Shown: positions 9,307 to 17,377 of the stretch, piece by piece
How positions within the stretch are numbered: the stretch's first letter is position 1
Layout: the number at the start of each line of letters is the position of its first letter
Assembly: GCA_034430895.1 (NCBI GenBank)
Contig: DAOUDW010000079.1
Span: forward strand, 9,240 to 73,239
Reading direction: 5' to 3'
DNA length: 64,000 nt
From: Anaerolineales bacterium
GTDB taxonomy: Bacteria; Chloroflexota; Anaerolineae; Anaerolineales; E44-bin32
Position numbers and translations under genes: made by a program
The notes under the pieces: model-generated
The model's input: only the letters and a program-made list of their open reading frames with translations
Told to the model about the DNA's origin: nothing
The model's database searches: none

Positions 9307-10923
9307 TTAAACCGGTCGGATCAAGGTTCGGCTTTGCTCATGCATGTAGAGCGTGAGATAGTAATGACCACCGGCGTTCTTGCCTGAAGATCCCGAGCCT
9401 TTCCACCCACCGAATGGCTGGAACCCCGGCCAGGCACCCGTCGTCGAGCCCTGCGGTCGATTGGCGTAAGCGACGCCGACGTTGATCTCTTCGAAGAACC
9501 ACCGGGCTTCTTTCTTTGATCCATAGAAGCCGCCCGTCAAGCCGTATTGACTATCGTTGGCCAGAGTCATTGCCTCCTGGATATCGGCGACCGGATGGAT
9601 CATGGTGATCGGCAGGAACATCTCGTGTTTCCACAAGCGGTGCTTCAGCGGCACGTTGGCGGCGATTGTAGGTTGGCAGAAATAGCCTTTCTTCATCTCG
9701 CCCTCGGTGATGACGCTGCCGCCAGTGGTGATGCTGCCTGCGTCGGCCAACTGCTTCGAGAAGCGTTTGAAATCTTGATAGGACTTCTTGTTGATCACCG
9801 GTCCCATGAAAACTGTGCGATCCGTCGGATCGCCGACGGAAAGTTTGTCGGTGAGTTCAATCAACTTATTCAGGAGCGTCTCGTAGACGTTTTTGACGAC
9901 ATAAATGCGTGAATTCGCGGAACATTTCTGTCCTTGCAAACCAAATGCGGAGCGGACGATTCCGGCCGCGGCGTGATCGAGGTCGGCGTTTTCAGAGACG
10001 ATGGCGGCATTTTTGCCACCCATCTCAAGGATGATCGGGCGCGGGTATTTGCCTTCGGCAAACGACTTATAAATTTTCATGCCAACGTCGTACGAGCCCG
10101 TGAAAGTGATTCCGTCCGCTTCGCTGTTCGAAATTAATGCCTCTCCGGTTGTGCTTCCGGGGCCGGTGACGTAATTACACACACCGGCGGGGATGCCCGC
10201 GTCGTGGAAGCACTCAGCCAGGAGACGAACTGTCCAGGGTGTGTTTGAGGCCGGTTTCATGACCACGGTATTGCCGGCGAGCAGTGCTGCACCAACTGGA
10301 CCGCCGGTTAAAGCACCGGGAAAATTGAATGGACTAATAACCAGCCAAACGCCGTACGGTCTCAATATGGAAGTATTCTTTGCTTTGTATCCCTTGAGGG
10401 GATCCTTGCCCATGCGTACGATGTAGCCGTTGTTCTTTTTCATCTGCTTGCAGGCGTAGCGGATCAAATCTGCTGCTTCTGCAATATCTCCCAGGGCTTC
10501 CATGCGATTCTTGCCGACTTCGAGCGAGATAACGGCGGCAAATTCGAAGATGCGTTTATCGATCTGTTTGGCTGCCTTGCGCAACAGCTTGACACGTTCT
10601 TCCCAGGGTTTTCGTGACCAGGCGGGAAACGCCTTGCGTGCAGCTGCAAGGGCTTTCTTGACATCTTTGTCCGTTCCTTGCTGGAAGGTTCCCAGCAGCC
10701 AATCTTGGTTGATCGGTGAGCGGACCTCGAACTTCTCCGAAGCACTGACTTCCTTGCCGTCAATGATCATTGGATGTTCGGCGCCCATGTTGCTTTTGAT
10801 TTGTGCGAGAGAACTTTCGTAACTTTCGTGGAGTTCTTCGGGTGGATCGAACATCGTGGCATAGGTTAATTTGAAACCGTCCGCTGCTTTTCCATCCTTC
10901 ATTTTGGATTTCTTTTTAGTCAT
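9307..10923 (-). CDS. Aldehyde dehydrogenase, 1-pyrroline-5-carboxylate dehydrogenase (RocA/PruA)-like
   Basis: PFNFP, FTGS, LEMGGKNA, GQKCSA, EMFLP, PFGGWKGSG; AGGAGG RBS before ATG 10923. Confidence 0.85.
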   Translation of the reverse strand: MTKKKSKMKDGKAADGFKLTYATMFDPPEELHESYESSLAQIKSNMGAEHPMIIDGKEVSASEKFEVRSPINQDWLLGTFQQGTDKDVKKALAAARKAFPAWSRKPWEERVKLLRKAAKQIDKRIFEFAAVISLEVGKNRMEALGDIAEAADLIRYACKQMKKNNGYIVRMGKDPLKGYKAKNTSILRPYGVWLVISPFNFPGALTGGPVGAALLAGNTVVMKPASNTPWTVRLLAECFHDAGIPAGVCNYVTGPGSTTGEALISNSEADGITFTGSYDVGMKIYKSFAEGKYPRPIILEMGGKNAAIVSENADLDHAAAGIVRSAFGLQGQKCSANSRIYVVKNVYETLLNKLIELTDKLSVGDPTDRTVFMGPVINKKSYQDFKRFSKQLADAGSITTGGSVITEGEMKKGYFCQPTIAANVPLKHRLWKHEMFLPITMIHPVADIQEAMTLANDSQYGLTGGFYGSKKEARWFFEEINVGVAYANRPQGSTTGAWPGFQPFGGWKGSGSSGKNAGGHYYLTLYMHEQSRTLIRPV

Positions 10924-11029
10924 GATCTCCTCCTGATGGGTATTCCCGCCTGAATGCAAAGTATAGCCGCGAGCCTCGCCGTCGTCAAAAGGTCAATGTA
11001 TACTGAGAAGACGGGTGCGGGAAGGTGAG

Positions 11030-11467
11030 ATGACCTGGATTCACGATCAAATCTACGCCGCAGGTGGAAAACACATTCCTGCAACGTGGGATGATTTTAT
11101 GGATCAGACGGGGATATCCGTCATCCTTCATTTTAAACCAGAATCTCCGGAGGATTTTTCCGGATCGGTTCCGGAACAATTCCTCTGGATGGATGTGGCG
11201 GATGAGTCACAAGCGGGACTTGACGAGCGCTTGTTGGCGGCCGTTTTTCTACATACTTCCGTCTCCGCAGGATTGCGTGTCTTGCTGCACAGCAGTTTAG
11301 GCCTTCATCGGACCCGATGGGCGTATGTGGCCTATTCAATCATGGCTGGACGTTCAGTAAAGTCGGCGCTGCGTACGGCAGCGGAACCGCCTTGGCTTGC
11401 TCCCTACCATACCGATCGGGAAGTATGGGAAGCATTCGCTGTCGCCTGTCGGGCTGAATCCGTTTGA
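11030..11467 (+). CDS. Dual-specificity phosphatase-fold protein with catalytic Cys replaced by Ser
   Basis: RVLLHSSLGLHRT aligns to VLVHCxxGxxRS; WMDVAD general-acid loop; AY..M.G.S...AL helix. Confidence 0.7.
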   Translation: MTWIHDQIYAAGGKHIPATWDDFMDQTGISVILHFKPESPEDFSGSVPEQFLWMDVADESQAGLDERLLAAVFLHTSVSAGLRVLLHSSLGLHRTRWAYVAYSIMAGRSVKSALRTAAEPPWLAPYHTDREVWEAFAVACRAESV

Positions 11468-11506
11468 CGATGACGTGTTTCGTAAACACGTCTGGGGTGG
11501 GAGGAC

Positions 11507-12286
11507 ATGATGCTTTTTTCAGATGTCGCATATATGGGAATCGATCCAACGGCGGGGACGCGTCCTATCAACTACGCTGTCATCGATAAACGAAAACAAA
11601 TATTGGCATTGGACCAGGGGGATATCGAATCCGTGTTGGCATTCGTGGCGGGACTGGAAAACGTCATCGTCGCTATAGCCGCACCACAAGGTCCAAATAT
11701 AGGTCTGATGCGACAATCTAAAATCCGTCGTCGACACAATCTGCAACCGGATGGAAAAACCTGGGCGAAGTGGCGTGTGTGTGAATTTATACTTCGTCAG
11801 CGGAACATACGCCTTTACAATACACCGGCAGACGAACAAAAGGCACCTGGATGGGTTCGGAATGGGTTTCGTCTTTTTCGCCGCTTGCAAGAAATGTCCT
11901 TTCAGCAATTTCTCATCGGCGAAGAACCTGTTGGGCATACGCTCCTGGAAGTCAATCCGCATGCTTGCTTTTCCGTCATCCTGGAGCACCGGCCGTTGTT
12001 GAAGCGAACCCTCGAAGGACGCATGCAGCGCCAGTTGGTTCTCTATCAAGAAGGATTCGATATTTTTAATCCCCTGCGCGTGCTCGAAGAAATGACTCGC
12101 CATCACCTGCTGACGGGAAATCTGCCCTTGGATGGTCTCTGCGAAGCAGATGCTTTAGATGCTTTGGTGGCTGCCTACACCGCCTTTTTGGTGGGAGAAG
12201 AGCCACGTCAAGTGACTCAGGTGGGCGAACAACACGAAGGCTTGATTACCCTTCCGGTGAACGAACTGAAGGATTTCTATCCGTGA
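11507..12286 (+). CDS. DUF429 family (RNase H-like fold) protein
   Basis: YMGIDPT, AIAAPQG, RVCEFIL, LEVNPHACF, DALDALVAAYTA. Confidence 0.75.
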   Translation: MMLFSDVAYMGIDPTAGTRPINYAVIDKRKQILALDQGDIESVLAFVAGLENVIVAIAAPQGPNIGLMRQSKIRRRHNLQPDGKTWAKWRVCEFILRQRNIRLYNTPADEQKAPGWVRNGFRLFRRLQEMSFQQFLIGEEPVGHTLLEVNPHACFSVILEHRPLLKRTLEGRMQRQLVLYQEGFDIFNPLRVLEEMTRHHLLTGNLPLDGLCEADALDALVAAYTAFLVGEEPRQVTQVGEQHEGLITLPVNELKDFYP

Positions 12287-12383
12287 TTGGATCCTTTAGC
12301 TCATCGATATCCTAGCCCGGGGCGAATCTCGGGTTGTGTTTATGATTCGCAGGTCAGCTCAAACTTCATGAAAGGAGAATACG

Positions 12384-14255
12384 ATGAAGCTGCGAGGCCT
12401 TGATTCGGTCGTGTCTGTATCTGTCTTTCTCTTTTTACTGCAAGCTTTGCGGGTGGTTTTCTCCGTGTTGTTTGGCATTATCTACGATCAGATATTCGAA
12501 GGGCCTGCCGATGCCTGGCTCGTGATCAGTAATCTCCTGGTGGTGCTGGCCTTTGCTGCGCCGCTCTGGACTCCGAAAAAGAATCGAAACCGGTGGGCAT
12601 TGGTCTTTGCAGCAATGACGGCGCTTGCCCGTGTCAGCCTGTCGGTCAATCTTGCCGGTGTACGCTTTTGGGGATCGTTGTTCACCGTTGCTTTTGGGAG
12701 TCTCTACCTGACGACCCGCTTGCAGACCGGTCGACGATCGTTTGTGCAAACTATGCTCAGCGCGTTGGTCCTGGATCAGTTATTGCGCGCCGCTGGGGAT
12801 ACGTATGATATCAGCCTGCGCAGTTCCTGGCTGTCTGTGCAGATCCTGTGGAGTTTCGCTGTAATTACCTTAGCCATCATGCTATTCCGACAACCAGATG
12901 AGGAGAAGATCGAAGTCACTGGTATCCGTGTCGTGGACGGAATCGCATTGTGTGGATTTCTCTTCTTACAGATCTCGCTGCTATCGTTTCCCAACGCTGT
13001 GGCGCGCTGGAGTTCAACCACGTATTTCACTTCGGCTGCAGCACTTATGGGAATGTTGGTCTTGTTTGCCATAACATCGATACGAGATATGTTCGTGCGT
13101 GTTTCCCAAACTTCACTGGCTGGTATTGGTATATCCTTGCTGCTGTTTTTAGGATTGATCGTAGGCTATTTCTCTGAGGGTGGCTTGAGTTTGTTGGCCT
13201 TGCTCCTGGCACAGTTTGCGGCTTTACTCAACTTCGGTTCCGCCTTCGAGAGCACACCGAAAACCCGTCGGATTTCTGGCGGTAACATAGCGTTGGGTAT
13301 GTTGTTGTTCTTGCTGCTAAATTTTATATACGCCTTTACATTCACCTACGCTTATACGCTTCCCATCTTGCGAGGGTATGGGTGGGTCGTCTTTCTAACG
13401 GCGGGCGTGATGGTTGGTGTGGGAAGTGTTGTGCAGGGCGTTGTCGATTCTTACTTCTCGCATCCGAAGTTCCGTCTCGTTACAGATGGTGTGCTCGTCC
13501 TGGGCGTACTCGTTTTCACGCTGGTGACAACCTGGCCGAAGCCGGCGCAGGATTTCCACACCGATGATGTTGTGCGAGTCGCCACGTATAACATCCATTA
13601 TGGCTATGATGACTTATGGCATTTTACGTTGGCGGACACGGCGCGCACGATCGGGGAAGCTGAGGTCGATGTGGTTGTGCTGCAGGAAGTGGATACGGCG
13701 CGTATCACCAGCTACGGTGTGGACGATGCTTATTATCTTGCCCGCCAATTGAATATGAATCAGGTTTATCTGCCTACGGTTGAACATCTCACAGGTATCG
13801 CAGTTCTGTATCGAGGACCCGTGGCGTCTTCTGAACAGCAATGGTTGACGAGTCTGCAGGAACAGACGGGCATCATCCAGGTGAATCTTGAATTCGACGG
13901 AGAGCCTTTGAACGCCTACGGGATCTGGATGGGATTGAGTGATGAAGACACCCAGACTCAAATTTCGGAAGCGCTGGAATTTATCGGCGATCGGCCCAAT
14001 GCGGTCTTTGGCGGCGATTTCAACGTCGATTACCATGAACCCATCCCGCAGGCGATCCTGACGGCCGGTTTCGAAGACCCTTTTATGCTTTTAGGTATCG
14101 ACCCGGCTCCATTAACCAGCCCGGCGATCGATCCACGTTCGCGCATCGACTTCGTCTGGCTGCGTGACCTGAACCCCACTTCCGCATGGGTTTCAACTTC
14201 ACTGGCATCCGATCACCGCATGGTTGTTGTGGAAATCGAAAGTCCGTCGCCATAA
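12384..14255 (+). CDS. Polytopic membrane protein with C-terminal endonuclease/exonuclease/phosphatase domain (Cwh43/PGAP2IP-like architecture)
   Basis: About 11-12 hydrophobic helices followed by TYNIH, LQEVD, GGDFN, IDFVW, SDHRMV. Confidence 0.8.
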   Translation: MKLRGLDSVVSVSVFLFLLQALRVVFSVLFGIIYDQIFEGPADAWLVISNLLVVLAFAAPLWTPKKNRNRWALVFAAMTALARVSLSVNLAGVRFWGSLFTVAFGSLYLTTRLQTGRRSFVQTMLSALVLDQLLRAAGDTYDISLRSSWLSVQILWSFAVITLAIMLFRQPDEEKIEVTGIRVVDGIALCGFLFLQISLLSFPNAVARWSSTTYFTSAAALMGMLVLFAITSIRDMFVRVSQTSLAGIGISLLLFLGLIVGYFSEGGLSLLALLLAQFAALLNFGSAFESTPKTRRISGGNIALGMLLFLLLNFIYAFTFTYAYTLPILRGYGWVVFLTAGVMVGVGSVVQGVVDSYFSHPKFRLVTDGVLVLGVLVFTLVTTWPKPAQDFHTDDVVRVATYNIHYGYDDLWHFTLADTARTIGEAEVDVVVLQEVDTARITSYGVDDAYYLARQLNMNQVYLPTVEHLTGIAVLYRGPVASSEQQWLTSLQEQTGIIQVNLEFDGEPLNAYGIWMGLSDEDTQTQISEALEFIGDRPNAVFGGDFNVDYHEPIPQAILTAGFEDPFMLLGIDPAPLTSPAIDPRSRIDFVWLRDLNPTSAWVSTSLASDHRMVVVEIESPSP

Positions 14256-14642
14256 TGGACTTCCGAATAATGTCGTAGCCCAGCCGAAGCGGGATAGCTT
14301 GTTGTACAAACCATGCTTAACCTGGTGTATGATGTAGAACCAGGTTTGTAGGGTTTCCGTAAGGTCGGTAGCTGGTGGGTTTCTTGTACGATGGAGTGGT
14401 CTAACACGGATAATTTATATCTGTAAATGGTATTGCTATAAGCCGTAAGGTTTTTCTGCGCCAAGAACTCTTGGTAATGCGTATGTGATCGTATATGCCG
14501 TTGGTGGTGTCGTGAAGCGTCCTCTGAACATCGCAGCATTCATTGGAATGGCCCAACATTATAGCCCGGATCTTCATGCGTTCGAGAGTGTGTGAATGGA
14601 GTACACATGGCGAAGTTCATTAGATTCTGAAGGGTGGGTGAG

Positions 14643-16427
14643 ATGACGAACTCGCACGAGATCAAGGTGCTGGTCGTCGAGGGTGATCCTCATGATGCCG
14701 GGCTTATGCAAGGAATGCTCGAGGAATCGAATATAAAAGGCTTCTCGTTTCATCATGAGAAAGTCTTTAAGCGAGCGATTGATCGTCTGCGGGAGAACTC
14801 CTTCGATATTGTATTACTCAATCTTACCCTGGCTGATGCGAAAGGCGTGGAATCGATCCGTGTGATCAATTCCGAATTTCCAAACCTGCCGATTGTGGCC
14901 TTGAGTAATGTCTCCGATGAGCAGGTCGTTGTACAAGCGATCAAAGCAGGGGCACAAGATTGTCTGGTGAAGGGACAGGGGGACGGCAACCTGCTCACGC
15001 GGTCGCTGCGTTACGCCATCGAGCGCAAGCAGGTCGAAGAGCGACTGTCTTATCTCGCCCAGTACGATCATCTAACCGGATTGGCGAATCGTACGTTATT
15101 CAAAGACCGTTTGACGCAGGCGCTGGCGCATGCCAATCGAAATAATGAACAGGTGGCGTTGATGTTCCTCGACCTGGATAATTTCAAGGTGATCAACGAC
15201 ACGCTCGGGCATGATGCTGGAGATATCATCCTGCAAGCTGTTGCCGAAAGACTGAAGAAATGTGTACGAGTGACCGATACCGTCGCCAGATTGGGCGGTG
15301 ATGAGTTCATCATTATCCTCGACGGTCTCTCGAAGGGTGATGTGCCGGTTATCGTGGCGCAGAAGATCAACAATATGCTGGCGCCGCCATTTCACGTGGG
15401 CGAGCGTGAGGTCTTTATCACCACGAGTATCGGTATCTCTCTTTATCCGATGGATGCCGACAACGCCAAAGATTTACTGAAATTTGCGGATCGGTCGATG
15501 TACCGCGCAAAAGAGAAGGGTTGCAGCAATTACCAATTTTACGCTGCAGAGATGAATCTGCGCGCGACGGAACGGCTGACGTTCCGCAGCAGCCTTTATC
15601 ATGCCTTGGATCGCAACGAGCTTGTACTTCACTATCAACCCATCGTGAACATGCGCAGCGGCAAAATCATTGGTCTGGAAGCATTGCTGCGCTGGAATCT
15701 GCCTAATTATGGATTGCTATCACCAGGCCGCTTCATCGATCTTGCAGAGGAAACCGAGTTGATTATTCCTATCGGGGAATGGGTTATTCGCAAGGCTTGT
15801 GAGAGTGTGCAGGAGTGGATGGACCTTATCCTAACACCTTTTCGAATCTCGGTTAATATATCGGCGCGTCAATTCCGACAGGGTGCATTTTATAATGTCG
15901 TCGAGCGAATTTTGCTGGATACCGAACTCGAACCGGGACGCTTAGAATTGGAACTCACGGAAGGCACACTCATGGAACAAACGGAAACCAGCAGTTCAAC
16001 GTTGATGAACCTGAAAGACTTGGGTGTGCGCATCTCAATTGATGATTTTGGCACCGGTTATTCGTCTTTGAGCTATCTGCGGAGGTTCCCCATCGACACC
16101 CTGAAAATCGCGCAAACTTTCGTGAAGGATCTAACCAATAATTCGGACGATGCGGCAATATCGAAGGCGATCATCGCTATGGCTCACAGTATGCGATTGG
16201 AGGTCATCGCCGAGGGGGTCGAAACGGTGGATCAGCTCTCGATCCTCTATGCCCAGGGTTGTGATGCTGCGCAGGGGTACTATCTGGGAAGACCTATCGA
16301 TGGAAAGGACATTCCCGCTGTGCTGGCGAAAGGCTCTCTGATCGAAAGCATAGAATCTCCTGAAGAGATAACGCAGCCGGGATTAAAGAGAACCAGGAAG
16401 GGAAATCCTGTCCGAAAAATTGCTTGA
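14643..16427 (+). CDS. REC-GGDEF-EAL cyclic di-GMP enzyme with atypical receiver domain
   Basis: GGDEF intact with RVTD I-site; EAL, ELTE, DDFGTGYSSL, AEGVET present; receiver reads DIVLLNL. Confidence 0.92.
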   Translation: MTNSHEIKVLVVEGDPHDAGLMQGMLEESNIKGFSFHHEKVFKRAIDRLRENSFDIVLLNLTLADAKGVESIRVINSEFPNLPIVALSNVSDEQVVVQAIKAGAQDCLVKGQGDGNLLTRSLRYAIERKQVEERLSYLAQYDHLTGLANRTLFKDRLTQALAHANRNNEQVALMFLDLDNFKVINDTLGHDAGDIILQAVAERLKKCVRVTDTVARLGGDEFIIILDGLSKGDVPVIVAQKINNMLAPPFHVGEREVFITTSIGISLYPMDADNAKDLLKFADRSMYRAKEKGCSNYQFYAAEMNLRATERLTFRSSLYHALDRNELVLHYQPIVNMRSGKIIGLEALLRWNLPNYGLLSPGRFIDLAEETELIIPIGEWVIRKACESVQEWMDLILTPFRISVNISARQFRQGAFYNVVERILLDTELEPGRLELELTEGTLMEQTETSSSTLMNLKDLGVRISIDDFGTGYSSLSYLRRFPIDTLKIAQTFVKDLTNNSDDAAISKAIIAMAHSMRLEVIAEGVETVDQLSILYAQGCDAAQGYYLGRPIDGKDIPAVLAKGSLIESIESPEEITQPGLKRTRKGNPVRKIA

Positions 16428-16454
16428 CCTCGGTTGTAGATGGATGAATTAAAT

Positions 16455-16486
16455 AATAAGCGTCGAATTTGCAATCGACGCTTATT
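16455..16486. terminator. Bidirectional hairpin between convergent genes
   Basis: AATAAGCGTCGA-8 nt-TCGACGCTTATT, 12-bp stem. Confidence 0.7.
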
Positions 16487-16516
16487 TACGTTTATCTCCC
16501 AGGCTTGTCGTATCGA

Positions 16517-17263
16517 TTAGTTCTCGAGTTCGTTGTCAATAATTTTCATAAATTCTGAAATGGGCTGTGCGCCAACGAGGGGAATGCCGTTGATGAAAAA
16601 AGTCGGGGTTCCATTGGCACCCAAATTAAACGCATACTGGGCATCCGCTTCAACCTCCTCGGCATATCGTTCTTCCGTGACGCATTCCATGAGTGAATCG
16701 GCGTCAATGCCGATCGTCTCTGCATAGTCGCGGTAAGCGTTTTCGTCAAATCCGAGCCCGCCTGAGAATAGTAGATCGTGAAAGTCCCAGAAAGCACCTT
16801 GTTCATCAGCACATTCTGCTGCCTGTGCGGCTTCATAGCCGCCGGAGACGGGGAGATCACGATAGACAAATCGGATTTGGTCCGGATATTTTTCGAGCAG
16901 TGTCTGGAAAGTCTGTACGTGGAAACGTCGGCAATAACCGCAAGTATAGTCGCTGAATTCAACGATCGTGATGGGCGCGCTTTCGGGACCTATGGCAGGA
17001 TCATCGTCGACGTCAATGTCGAAGCGAGTCTGGGGTTGTGCTGTGGCGCTTTCTGGTTGGGGGCTTGGGGACTGCACTTCGACGGTCTTGACTTGATTCG
17101 GGGTTTGGTTGCCCCAAAATAAAAAACCGACGGCAATTCCCGTGACGAATGCCAGTGGCAGCAAGGCGGCATAAAGTTGGCTGCGGTTTAAGAGAATCAC
17201 GTTGGATTCTGGTAAAGTACCATTGGCGCTGTTCGCGGCTTGTGTTTGCGATTGTTTTTCCAT
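16517..17263 (-). CDS. Membrane-anchored DsbA-family thioredoxin
   Basis: N-terminal TM helix, EFSDYTCGYC, GTPTFFING, GAQP. Confidence 0.88.
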   Translation of the reverse strand: MEKQSQTQAANSANGTLPESNVILLNRSQLYAALLPLAFVTGIAVGFLFWGNQTPNQVKTVEVQSPSPQPESATAQPQTRFDIDVDDDPAIGPESAPITIVEFSDYTCGYCRRFHVQTFQTLLEKYPDQIRFVYRDLPVSGGYEAAQAAECADEQGAFWDFHDLLFSGGLGFDENAYRDYAETIGIDADSLMECVTEERYAEEVEADAQYAFNLGANGTPTFFINGIPLVGAQPISEFMKIIDNELEN

Positions 17264-17269
17264 GCAGGG

Positions 17270-17278
17270 ATTATAGCA
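17270..17278 (-). promoter_or_regulatory. Extended -10 (TGCTATAAT) 6 nt before the DsbA ATG; probable leaderless promoter
   Basis: Minus strand reads TGCTATAAT-CCCTGC-ATG with no SD sequence. Confidence 0.6.
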
Positions 17279-17299
17279 CAATGACATGTTTGATCGTGC

Positions 17300-17328
17300 T
17301 TGACTAAAAAAAGAAATGCGAATATAGT
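17300..17328 (+). promoter_or_regulatory. Sigma70-type promoter of the methyltransferase-corrinoid operon
   Basis: TTGACT-17 bp-TATAGT. Confidence 0.75.
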
Positions 17329-17333
17329 CTAAA

Positions 17334-17351
17334 AGACTGACTGGTCAGTCT
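17334..17351. promoter_or_regulatory. TetR-type operator AGACTGAC-TG-GTCAGTCT
   Basis: Perfect 8-bp arms just after the -10; 15-bp core repeated at 20769-20783. Confidence 0.8.
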
Positions 17352-17377
17352 ATTATCCATTACCAAGGGGATGCACA

